From: an uncultured Bacteroidota bacterium | GTDB lineage: Bacteria > Bacteroidota > Ignavibacteria > UBA10030 > UBA6906 | DNA length: 64,000 nt | Reading direction: 5' to 3' | Assembly (NCBI GenBank): GCA_963700635.1 | Contig: CAVOYH010000006.1 | Location: forward strand, 64,001-128,000 | Part shown: in pieces, positions 50,816-58,955 of the stretch | Layout of the letters: the number at the start of each line of letters is the position of its first letter | Position numbering within the stretch: the first letter of the stretch is position 1 | The notes under the pieces: model-generated | The model's input: only the letters and a program-made list of their open reading frames with translations | Databases searched by the model: none | What the model was told of the DNA's origin: nothing | Translations under genes and position numbers: made by a program

Positions 50816-51368
50816 TCTTCAGTTCCTGTTGCACTTTGCGGAGCGCGTGAAAATAATTGGCTTTGAGTCCGCCTACCGAAGTCTTGAGCACATAGGCGAT
50901 CTCGTCATACGACAGCTCGTCGTAATATCTCATAATAAAGACCGCGCGTTGTTTGTCCGGGAGCTTTTCCACAGCCCTGGCCAGTTGTGATTCCAGTTCC
51001 TTCGCCACAAGATCCCGATACGGGTCCTCTTTTGACGCGGGGAATACTTTCTGCGCCAGTTCGCTCTCCCGGAGGTATTCAACAATATGCCGTTTCCGGA
51101 GCGCATTCAAAGAAAGATTCACCGCGATGCGGTACAGCCAGGTATAAAACCCTGCTTCACCGCGAAAATCGCCCAGACTGAGAAACGCCTTGATAAACGT
51201 CTCCTGGACAATGTCATCAGCGTCGGCATGGGTCCGGACCATCCTGCGGGCCACCCAGTAGATTTTTTCCTGGTGCCGCCGCATAAGTTCGGTATACGCC
51301 CGCCGGTTGCCCGAACGAACATCATCCACGAGTTCGAGATCCGTCCGGGGCTCCATATCCTTAGACAC
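50799..51368 (-). CDS. ECF RNA polymerase sigma factor
   Basis: DADDIVQETF, FYTWLYRIAVN, LPDKQRAVF, LSYDEIA. Confidence 0.92.
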   Translation of the reverse strand: MSKDMEPRTDLELVDDVRSGNRRAYTELMRRHQEKIYWVARRMVRTHADADDIVQETFIKAFLSLGDFRGEAGFYTWLYRIAVNLSLNALRKRHIVEYLRESELAQKVFPASKEDPYRDLVAKELESQLARAVEKLPDKQRAVFIMRYYDELSYDEIAYVLKTSVGGLKANYFHALRKVQQELKNATAV

Positions 51369-51389
51369 TCCACCGGGCTCGATGTTTAA

Positions 51390-51902
51390 TCACTGGGGGT
51401 CGCTCTTGAAGGCTTTTTGCAGCGTCTTTAGTGTTTTCCGCATATCCTCGGAAATCACCTTTGTGTCGGACAGAACGGGCATAAAATTCGTGTCGCCGTT
51501 CCAACGTGGGACAATGTGGAAGTGGATATGGTTGTCCACCCCTGCACCGCTCACCCTTCCAATATTTGTCCCGAAATTGTATCCCTGCGGGCGTAGTACC
51601 GTGTCCAGCGCCCGGATTGAACGCTGGACGGTGAGCATGATTTCGGAAAGTTCATCAACCGTCAGATCCTGGATATCTGCGGTCTGCCTGTTGGGGACAA
51701 CCATAAGGTGGCCGCTATTGTAGGGATAGCGGTTCATGATGACGAAGCAGAGTGTACCCCGCCAGACGATCAGGTGACGATCATCTGCACCTGCTTTGAG
51801 GGCTGTCGTAAAGAGGCTTTTGGTGCTGCGGGTCCGGCGCCCCGGTTTTTTCTTGAACGAAGCGATATACTTTGACCGCCAGGGCGACCACAAACGCTTC
51901 AT
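51390..51902 (-). CDS. HIT-family protein (Ap4A phosphorylase/FHIT-like)
   Basis: LWSPWR, NRYPYNSGHLMVVP, HIHFHIVPRW.GD.NFM. Confidence 0.9.
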   Translation of the reverse strand: MKRLWSPWRSKYIASFKKKPGRRTRSTKSLFTTALKAGADDRHLIVWRGTLCFVIMNRYPYNSGHLMVVPNRQTADIQDLTVDELSEIMLTVQRSIRALDTVLRPQGYNFGTNIGRVSGAGVDNHIHFHIVPRWNGDTNFMPVLSDTKVISEDMRKTLKTLQKAFKSDPQ

Positions 51903-51911
51903 GTGTCCGTC

Positions 51912-54011
51912 TCACGCTTCCTGTTCTTTATTCTTGTGCTTCTCTGATGCCGCGATGATCTTCTCCGCCTGTTCCCTTGGCACTTCTTCGTAATGCGACA
52001 TCGTAGCGGAATAGACTCCGCGCCCGCCGGTCATGGAACGGAGAACCGTGGCGTACTTATGCAACTCCGCCGCCGGCACCGCGGCCCGGATGATCTGGTA
52101 TCTCCCTTCAGAGTCCATGCCGGCGATTTTTCCCCGGCGTGACGAGATGTCGCCCATCACGTCGCCCATCGCATCTTCCGGAACACGCACCTCGACGTTG
52201 TAAATGGGTTCCAGAAGGATCGGCTTGGCATCCATAAATCCTTTGCGGAACGCCATGGCGCCCGAGATCTTAAACGCCATTTCCGAAGAATCCACATCGT
52301 GATACGAACCATAGTGCAGCGCAACACGCACATCCACCACCGGATATCCCGCGACGACACCATCCTTCATCGTCTCCACCACGCCTTTTTCGACGGCAGG
52401 GATAAACTTTCCGGGCACGACGCCACCCACGATCTCATCAAGGAATTCAAAACCCTGTCCGCGTTTGAGCGGCTCGAGGCGCAGGTGCACGTGGCCGTAC
52501 TGGCCGTGACCGCCGGTCTGCTTCTTGTGCTTGTACTCTGAATCCTTGACGATGGCTTTGATCGTCTCGCGGTACGGAACACGCGGCTCAACAAGATCCA
52601 CTTCCACGTTGTACCGCTGCTTCAGCCGTTTCACCATCATGTCCAGATGGACTTCCCCCTGCCCGCTCACGATCGTCTGATGGAGTTCGGGGTCGACACG
52701 GAATCGGAAGGTGGTATCTTCCTGATGCAGGGAGTGCAGGCCGGAGGAGATTTTATCCTCGTCACCCTTGGACCGCGGGACGACAGCCATGTGAAACACT
52801 GATTCGGGGAAGACGATGGGGGGATAGGAAACCGGAAAGGCTTTGCTGCTGAGCGTGTCGTTCGTGTGGGTGTCTTTCAATTTCACCACGGCCCCCAGAT
52901 CGCCCGCCAGCAGGTGGCTGATTTCCTTCCGGTCTTTCCCCGCCATGACGAACAGCTGGGCCAGACGTTCCGGCTTGGAATTTGTGTTGTTCACCATATC
53001 CAGGCCCGGGGCGACCTTCCCGCTGAAAACCCGGAAGAAGGAAAGTTCGCCAACATGGGATTCGGAGACGGTCTTAAAAACAAAAAGTGATGGCTGCCCT
53101 GCGGGATCCTGCACAACAGATATCTCACGGGAGCCCTGCGCCCCTTTTGCCGCAACCGGTCCCCGTTCCTGAGGAGTGGGCGTAAATTCGACGATCGCGT
53201 CGAGCAGACTGGAAATGCCGATGTTGAGGGTGGATGAGGCGCAGAAGAGCGGAAACAGTTTGCGCTCGCGGATGCCGGAGCGCAAACCCGCCTTCATCTC
53301 GTCAGGCGTAAGCGTTCCTTTTTCGAGATACGTGTTGAGCAGCGACTCATCCGTCTCCGCAATGAGCTCCAGAACCTGCTGCCGCAGCTCCTGGGCCTTT
53401 CCTTCGATTTCCGCAGGGATATCTTCTTCGGCGTACTTGCCGTTCCCGCCCGGCTGGAATTTTAGCAGTTTCATCCGCACTACATCCACGATGCTGTCGA
53501 ACCCCAACCCCTGTTTTAACGGGAACTGCAGGGGGACAATGTCGTGGCTCAGGAGATCACGGGCCACACTCAGGACTCTGTCGAAATCCGCGTTTTCCTG
53601 ATCCAGCTTGTTCATCAGGAACACGACGCCATTCTGGTACTCTGCGGCGTACCGCCACACAATCTCGGTCCCGACCTCCACCCCCTCAACCGCTTTGAGC
53701 AGAAGGATTGCAGTATCCGTCACGCGGAGCGCCGATTTTACATCACCCGTAAAGTCCGTGTATCCCGGCGTATCCAGGATATTGATCTTGTTCCCCTTCC
53801 ATTCGCAGTTTGATAACGAACTGCTCACGGAAATCTGGCGGTCGATCTCGTCGACCCGGTAGTCCGACACAGTATTACCTTCTTCAACCCTGCCCAGGCG
53901 TGTCGTTGTGCCTGCAGAAAAGAGCATTGCCTCGGCTGTCATGGTCTTTCCGGTACCGCCATGACCGATCAGGCTCACATTGCGGATGTGTTCGGGGGTA
54001 AATTCCTTCAT
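51912..54011 (-). CDS. fusA: Elongation factor G paralog (EF-G2)
   Basis: GHGGTGKT, DTPG, NKLD, KKQTGGHGQY, HDVDSSEMAF. G2 reads RQISV instead of RGITI. Confidence 0.9.
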   Translation of the reverse strand: MKEFTPEHIRNVSLIGHGGTGKTMTAEAMLFSAGTTTRLGRVEEGNTVSDYRVDEIDRQISVSSSLSNCEWKGNKINILDTPGYTDFTGDVKSALRVTDTAILLLKAVEGVEVGTEIVWRYAAEYQNGVVFLMNKLDQENADFDRVLSVARDLLSHDIVPLQFPLKQGLGFDSIVDVVRMKLLKFQPGGNGKYAEEDIPAEIEGKAQELRQQVLELIAETDESLLNTYLEKGTLTPDEMKAGLRSGIRERKLFPLFCASSTLNIGISSLLDAIVEFTPTPQERGPVAAKGAQGSREISVVQDPAGQPSLFVFKTVSESHVGELSFFRVFSGKVAPGLDMVNNTNSKPERLAQLFVMAGKDRKEISHLLAGDLGAVVKLKDTHTNDTLSSKAFPVSYPPIVFPESVFHMAVVPRSKGDEDKISSGLHSLHQEDTTFRFRVDPELHQTIVSGQGEVHLDMMVKRLKQRYNVEVDLVEPRVPYRETIKAIVKDSEYKHKKQTGGHGQYGHVHLRLEPLKRGQGFEFLDEIVGGVVPGKFIPAVEKGVVETMKDGVVAGYPVVDVRVALHYGSYHDVDSSEMAFKISGAMAFRKGFMDAKPILLEPIYNVEVRVPEDAMGDVMGDISSRRGKIAGMDSEGRYQIIRAAVPAAELHKYATVLRSMTGGRGVYSATMSHYEEVPREQAEKIIAASEKHKNKEQEA

Positions 54012-54219
54012 GGGATTTCTCAATCCTCCAGATTAGTACGTACGCCGGCGTGGGGGCCCTGTTAGGGTTGCAGCGGCGGTTGTTAGGATAGAACAGTGTA
54101 CATATAAGGGGAACCACGGGGCGACGGCAGGCACGACGGTTCCTTGTCGAGCCGGCACGAAAGGTGCGGTACTCCGCAGGCATGATGTTCCGGCTGGACC
54201 GCGTGTCGCACCTGCAACG

Positions 54220-54606
54220 TCAGGCACGAACACGATCAACAAATGCCCGAACACCCTTAAAGACCGCCGACACAATCCCGACGGTTTCGAGAATCGGACC
54301 TTCAATCCGTTCCTGCACTCTGCGCTCGAGGTCCACCACATTGTCAGCGATCATCTTGATCGATCCGATGGACTCCCGGACTGCGGCCACCTGGTCGTCA
54401 ATGCTGTCGGTAATGCCTTTTACACGTGAAGTAATATACTCCATGTTCTCAAGGACGGGCACAGCGCGTGTCGCAATATCTTTGACGTCCTTCTCAACAT
54501 TGACCATGATGTCCCGGACGCGAAGCAGGACGACGATCATGTAGATACAGAGTGCAGAGAGACAGAGCAGAGCAACGATTTGAGCGATAACTAGGACGAG
54601 TTCCAC
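54220..54606 (-). CDS. DUF948 (YoxC-like) membrane protein
   Basis: N-terminal TM helix plus coiled coil; downstream of YtxH; AAGGAGG SD. Confidence 0.7.
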   Translation of the reverse strand: MELVLVIAQIVALLCLSALCIYMIVVLLRVRDIMVNVEKDVKDIATRAVPVLENMEYITSRVKGITDSIDDQVAAVRESIGSIKMIADNVVDLERRVQERIEGPILETVGIVSAVFKGVRAFVDRVRA

Positions 54607-54636
54607 AAACGCCTCCTTGTACGCGATCGGGATCGT

Positions 54637-55032
54637 TTACGAGCGACGACGCTCTTCTTTGAACGCATCCATGCCGGCTTTTACGGCGCTCTTCACCTTT
54701 GCACCTTCTTCTGCAAGGGAAGCGGACTTCTGCCGCGCGCCGGTCAGGACTTTTTCGGCGTCCACGAGCAGGGTGTCGGCCTTCCGTTTTGCATCGGTGA
54801 TAAGGCTGTCCGAGCGCTTTTTTGCCTCGCTGACAAGATCACCGGCCTTGGTACGCACCGTCGACAGATATTCTTCGGCATCGTCACGAAACTCATCAGC
54901 GCGATCCTTGATCTCGGCCCGTAACTCACGACCGCTCTTGGGCGCATACAATAGTGCAACAATGGCGCCGACAGCTCCGCCGGCAAGGAGCCCGATCACC
55001 AGGCCTTTTAACATTCCTTCGTTTTTGGTCAT
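54637..55032 (-). CDS. YtxH domain protein
   Basis: GLLAGGAVGAIVALLYAPKSGRELR signature. Confidence 0.88.
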   Translation of the reverse strand: MTKNEGMLKGLVIGLLAGGAVGAIVALLYAPKSGRELRAEIKDRADEFRDDAEEYLSTVRTKAGDLVSEAKKRSDSLITDAKRKADTLLVDAEKVLTGARQKSASLAEEGAKVKSAVKAGMDAFKEERRRS

Positions 55033-55080
55033 GGCGTGCCTCATCTTCTTCGTGAATCGTATACAGGGGGGTGGACATGT

Positions 55081-55109
55081 AATATACCACAATCCACCTA
55101 AGAATGCAA
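55081..55109 (-). promoter_or_regulatory. sigma70-type promoter upstream of the YtxH gene
   Basis: TTGCAT-N17-TATATT, with the same hexamers as the tRNA-Val promoter. Confidence 0.6.
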
Positions 55110-55111
55110 CG

Positions 55112-55235
55112 TGCTCCGTGCCAGTACGTCACGGGATACTTCATTTCCGCAGGAAGTCGCAGCATGGAGGACCAAATGAACCACTCCATACTGCACACTT
55201 CCACGATCGTTCCCGTAGGGCTGGCGCCCGGAACA
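55112..55235 (-). ncRNA. Candidate structured RNA: ~125-nt interrupted rod hairpin, family unknown
   Basis: Five nested helices; the G-U wobbles form only on the minus-strand transcript (see findings). Confidence 0.45.
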
Positions 55236-55236
55236 T

Positions 55237-55332
55237 CTACCGGATCTTCTTCTTGTGACGCATTTTTCTAAGGCGCTTCTTGCGCTTGTGCGTCGCCATC
55301 TTGTGACGCTTGCGCTTCTTACCACAAGGCAT
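55237..55332 (-). CDS. 31-aa basic protein, AURKAIP1/COX24 (bS22/mS38-like small ribosomal protein)
   Basis: Hand-translated MPCGKKRKRHKMATHKRKKRLRKMRHKKKIR*; AGGAGGT SD; below the ORF-track length cutoff. Confidence 0.85.
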   Translation of the reverse strand: MPCGKKRKRHKMATHKRKKRLRKMRHKKKIR

Positions 55333-55351
55333 ACCTCCTCCTTTCTGTTCT

Positions 55352-56196
55352 CTAAGGATTAAATGAATGCTGTTCCAGAAGTTGTTGAGCCCGTTTACCG
55401 AGTTCCGACGCGGAATTCATCGCGACGGCCTTGCGAAACCATCTGTTTGAGGCTTCCAGATCACCGTTCCGCAGATGCACAACACCGAGGTTAAACGCGG
55501 ACGGTTGATGGGTCGGAGCATTCCGGATTGCCGTTTCCATTTCTGTAATGGCAAGGGAAAAGAACCGGCCCGGATTTACCGTGTCGGCCAGTCCCAGCTC
55601 GAAATAACAGACCCCCATATCCACACGGGCATCAGGATCGTTGGGTTGCAGCTGCAGATAGGTTTTGTACGTCTCCACCGCCCGCATAAACAATCCGTTG
55701 TCGTGCTGCGCGTTGGCAAGACTCAGCAGAGCGGCACGGTTTTTCGGATCAGCCGTCACGGCAGCCTCCAGCGGGACCAGGTCAGTCATCGGTGGGGGCT
55801 GAAGCTGGGGCTGGGGCATGCCCGCCGGAGGAGCCGCAGATGCCACGGCCGGCACGTGATCCCGGGAGAGTTCGACATACAACAGCACCGCGACAAGAGC
55901 ACTCACAGCAACGACGGAAAGAACCTGCCAGGGCTCGAATTTCCCCGGTTTGCGCGACCGTTCTGTTTCTGCTTCACCCTTGCCGGTTGACTCTTTTCCA
56001 CGGGTTTCCCACCTGCGAGCCGTGCTCCACAGCCGGAACAGGTTGCTGCACCGGCGGGGTTAGACTGTCCGCACACGTCGCACGCCCTCGCTTCCGGGTG
56101 TTCCCAGGTTAACGCTTCGCCGCAGGAAGGACACCGTTTCGCACCCCATGCCACAGCCGCGTCACACGCACCGCAGATTGTTTTTACTTCCGCCAT
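55352..56196 (-). pseudogene. Double zinc ribbon + TM + TPR protein split by a -1 frameshift (or sequencing indel)
   Basis: Four CxxC pairs in frame A. Frame B continues KFEPWQVLSVVAVSALVAVLLY (a complete TM helix) into TPR repeats. Confidence 0.65.
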
Positions 56197-56208
56197 CGCC
56201 GCCGTCCC

Positions 56209-56508
56209 TTATGGTTGCACCATCTTCTTCATATTCTCATTCACCAGAGTTTTTACTTCCTTGGAGACCTTAAACAGCGGCACCCAGTGTTCATCGACCA
56301 TCACCTGTTCACCGGTGCGCGGGTTACGCGCAACGCGCCCTTTCCGCTTCTTGACTTTGTAACTTCCGAATCCGCGAATCTCAATGTTCTTCCCATCCTT
56401 CAGCGCATTGATGACCGTGGAAATAAACCCGTCGACGACTGCTTCGGTTTCTACCTTGGTCAAACCGGTCGCAGTGGCAATCGTGTCAACTATATCCGCC
56501 TTTGTCAC
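56209..56508 (-). CDS. HU/IHF-family DNA-binding protein
   Basis: MTKAD, IEIRGFGSY, ARNPRTGE; AGGAGG SD. Confidence 0.93.
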   Translation of the reverse strand: MTKADIVDTIATATGLTKVETEAVVDGFISTVINALKDGKNIEIRGFGSYKVKKRKGRVARNPRTGEQVMVDEHWVPLFKVSKEVKTLVNENMKKMVQP

Positions 56509-56556
56509 CGTCGGTCCTCCTGAAGTGTGTGGTGTTCGTCACTGTGCTGCACGTGG

Positions 56557-57465
56557 TTACCGCGCCCCGGTAAAGCGGAATGACATAACCGGCCTGTCCA
56601 GCAGTTCTTCAGACACGGCACGAAGTTCTTCTCTGACATCACTCATCATGGTCTCCCACAAGGTCCGGCGCACGCGCTCGCGCACGAGTGACGGTTCACC
56701 TTCAATCCCGGCCAGTCCGGCCGCGATTCGTACGGCATCCTCGTATGTCCCGATCGTGTCAACCAGACCCAGCGTGACAGCCTGCTCGCCGGTGAACACT
56801 CGGCCATCGGCCAGAGAGAGAACCTCCAGAGAGTCAAGCGCACGCTCTTTCTGGACCACCTGCTTGAATTGACGGTGCACGTCATCCATGAGCGTCTGGA
56901 AATACCGCTCGTCCGCTTCAGTCATACGGCGCGTCGAGGAGCCGGCATCTTTGCGTTTTCCTGATTTGATGGTTTTGACATCCACCCCGACCTTGCCGAG
57001 AAGTTCCTGCAGCTGCAGGAATTCCGCAATGACGCCGATGCTGCCGGTGAGCGTGCCCCGGTTTGCCACCAGGCGTGAGCCCCCGCAGGCCACATAGTAC
57101 CCCCCGCTGGCTGCAAGGGATCCCATCGACACAACCACCGGCTTGCCGCTTTCCCGGACCTTCCTCACCTCTTCGTATATTTCCTGGCTCGCAACGACGC
57201 CCCCCCCGGGGGAATCAACACGCAGCAGAATAGCCCGTATCGAAGACTGATCGTGGTACTTCTTTAACTGGCGCACAACGTCCTCGGACGAGGTAATAAC
57301 CCCCTTGAGTTCCACGATTGCGATTTTGTCACCTGACCCGCCTGTCACGGTGTCAGTTCTCTGACCGGCATTCTTCACAAACGAGATCAAAACCACGGTA
57401 AACAGGATGCCAATGGCCGCGAGAATGCCCAGAATTGCAAGAAACCACTTGGTAGACTTCGACAT
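56557..57465 (-). CDS. sppA: Signal peptide peptidase SppA (36K type)
   Basis: RVDSPGG, AASGGYY, TGSIGV, KSGKRKD, DGRVFTGEQA. Confidence 0.92.
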   Translation of the reverse strand: MSKSTKWFLAILGILAAIGILFTVVLISFVKNAGQRTDTVTGGSGDKIAIVELKGVITSSEDVVRQLKKYHDQSSIRAILLRVDSPGGGVVASQEIYEEVRKVRESGKPVVVSMGSLAASGGYYVACGGSRLVANRGTLTGSIGVIAEFLQLQELLGKVGVDVKTIKSGKRKDAGSSTRRMTEADERYFQTLMDDVHRQFKQVVQKERALDSLEVLSLADGRVFTGEQAVTLGLVDTIGTYEDAVRIAAGLAGIEGEPSLVRERVRRTLWETMMSDVREELRAVSEELLDRPVMSFRFTGAR

Positions 57466-57553
57466 AAGCCGGGTTCCGACGAAAGGCTGTAAGTTATTGA
57501 TATACAATATAATAATAAAACCCCGTGAAATTGTCAACCACCGGCTGCAAAGC

Positions 57554-57577
57554 AAAAAACCCGCCGGAGGCGGGCTT
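57554..57577 (-). terminator. Intrinsic terminator after the Hsp20 cluster
   Basis: Minus strand GCCCGCC-TCC-GGCGGGT followed by TTTTT. Confidence 0.7.
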
Positions 57578-57618
57578 CTTGCATCAAAGCGTTTCGGGAG
57601 CTGTCCCGGGGTCCCACA

Positions 57619-57675
57619 CTATTTCACCGTTACTGTAATCTCCTTCGCTTTGACCTCTTCCGATTTTGGAACGAC
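57619..57675 (-). pseudogene. 3' remnant of a third Hsp20 gene
   Basis: Translates as VVPKSEEVKAKEITVTVK*, an Hsp20 C-terminus with IxV motif. There is no in-frame start. Confidence 0.6.
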
Positions 57676-57683
57676 GTCTGTTG

Positions 57684-58010
57684 TCAGTTGATAGAAATCT
57701 CACGTGGTTTAAGGATTTCATGCTTGTACAGCTTCACGGTGAGCACGCCTTTGTCATGGTGTGCATCGATGGATGTTGTGTCGATACCTTCTCCGATCCC
57801 AAACGATCGGGCAAAAGAAGCCGCCCTCACCCGTAGCTCGCCTTTGTTGAGGGTCAGCGTAATCGCTTCCTTCTCAACACCGGGCAGGTTCAGCATCAGG
57901 ACATACGCATCGGCTGTTTCATATACATCAGCCGCCGGGACTCTGCACCGGACGCCGGCGGTATCCTCCGCGGGCTGTGTTCGTTGTACCGCTACATCTG
58001 ATTTTGTCAT
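57684..58010 (-). CDS. Hsp20/alpha-crystallin protein (short, lacks most of the beta5-beta7 loop)
   Basis: PAADVYET, LPGVEKE, FARSF, GVLTV, PREISI; AGGAGA SD. Confidence 0.8.
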   Translation of the reverse strand: MTKSDVAVQRTQPAEDTAGVRCRVPAADVYETADAYVLMLNLPGVEKEAITLTLNKGELRVRAASFARSFGIGEGIDTTSIDAHHDKGVLTVKLYKHEILKPREISIN

Positions 58011-58025
58011 GGTCAAATCTCCTGT

Positions 58026-58472
58026 TTAACGGATTGAAATTTCACGTGGACGAACTGCTTCTGCCTTCGGCAGTACAACATGCAGCAGACCGTTCTTCAG
58101 CTCGGCGCGTATTGCCTGCGGATCCACGGCGTGTGGAAGTTCAACAGTGCGCACAAATTTTCCGGTCACACTCTCCGAGCGGATCCAGTGTGCGCCATCG
58201 GGAAGTCCGTGAGGCTTACGCTCGCCCGTCACCGTCAGAAGTCCGTTCTCCAGTGAGATGGTAAGATCCTCTTTGTTCACTCCGGGCAGCTCAACGATCA
58301 GCTCACTCTGCGCTTCGCTCTCTGTGAGACTCACCCTCGGCGTCCGGCTGCCACTGGAAACAAATGCGGGCAGCGTAAAATCACCGAACACCTGATCCAG
58401 CTCCTTTTCGAGATCCACACTGCTCGTCCACAACGGCTGGATAACGGGGAATCGATTAATTCGCATCAACAT
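58026..58472 (-). CDS. Hsp20/alpha-crystallin protein
   Basis: ELPGVNKEDL, GKFVRTVELP, NGLLHVVLPK, PREISI. Confidence 0.92.
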   Translation of the reverse strand: MLMRINRFPVIQPLWTSSVDLEKELDQVFGDFTLPAFVSSGSRTPRVSLTESEAQSELIVELPGVNKEDLTISLENGLLTVTGERKPHGLPDGAHWIRSESVTGKFVRTVELPHAVDPQAIRAELKNGLLHVVLPKAEAVRPREISIR

Positions 58473-58529
58473 TGGTGTCTCTCCTCTTTTTGTTCTCTGA
58501 GTTGGTGTCTGTAGTTGTCCTCAGATATC

Positions 58530-58545
58530 GCAACTCACATGCCAA
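58530..58545 (-). promoter_or_regulatory. sigma54 -24/-12 promoter of the Hsp20 operon
   Basis: Minus strand TTGGCATGTGAGTTGC, matching TGGCAC-N5-TTGC. Confidence 0.75.
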
Positions 58546-58562
58546 TTTTGTAATCACTTATA

Positions 58563-58575
58563 AATCAATGGTTTA
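58563..58575 (+). promoter_or_regulatory. IHF-binding consensus site
   Basis: AATCAATGGTTTA fits WATCAANNNNTTR and lies between the sigma54 site and the upstream repeats. Confidence 0.55.
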
Positions 58576-58608
58576 GCAGATAAACCGGGAAATCGGTCGA
58601 TTCATTGC

Positions 58609-58704
58609 TGCCAATTAGACAATATATATGCCATATAGGCATACAAACAATGTCCGGGTTACAATCAAAGAAGACATATTGGCGCATAATCAGTCATTAT
58701 GGCG
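58609..58704. promoter_or_regulatory. Four 13-bp pseudo-palindromes, candidate enhancer (bEBP) sites
   Basis: TGCCAattAGACA (58609), TGCCAtatAGGCA (58629), AGACAtatTGGCG (58672), AGTCAttaTGGCG (58692). Confidence 0.55.
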
Positions 58705-58795
58705 TGCAATGATTTTAGTTCGTTCCGTAAAGAGCTGTGACCTGGCAATCAATCCTGCGCCGGGATGAGAAAAACCGGCCACTTCTCTCCGGGCA

Positions 58796-58836
58796 CAAAA
58801 AGAAAAAGGGTGACCGCAATGTCTGCAGTCACCCTT
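58796..58836 (-). terminator. Intrinsic terminator downstream of trxB
   Basis: AAGGGTGAC...GTCACCCTT stem followed by TTTCTTTTT on the minus strand. Confidence 0.75.
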
Positions 58837-58955
58837 CTGATTCCACTGGGTCGGTGAGTCATATTCATCTCCCCGTCCGGCCTTTCACGCGGCGCGACCG
58901 TGACATACCAGGACGCCACACCAAGAGGTCTCAGAAACCTCTCAGCTTTACCACT

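Noticed and set aside
54012-54219. About 200-nt spacer before EF-G2 as a possible leader RNA or ORF
   Set aside because: No convincing helices, riboswitch motif or protein similarity seen by eye.
58837-58955. Spacer between trxB and its terminator with small hairpins and a 13-codon ORF
   Set aside because: No recognisable RNA family, and the pairing is not beyond what GC-rich sequence gives; no SD for the ORF.
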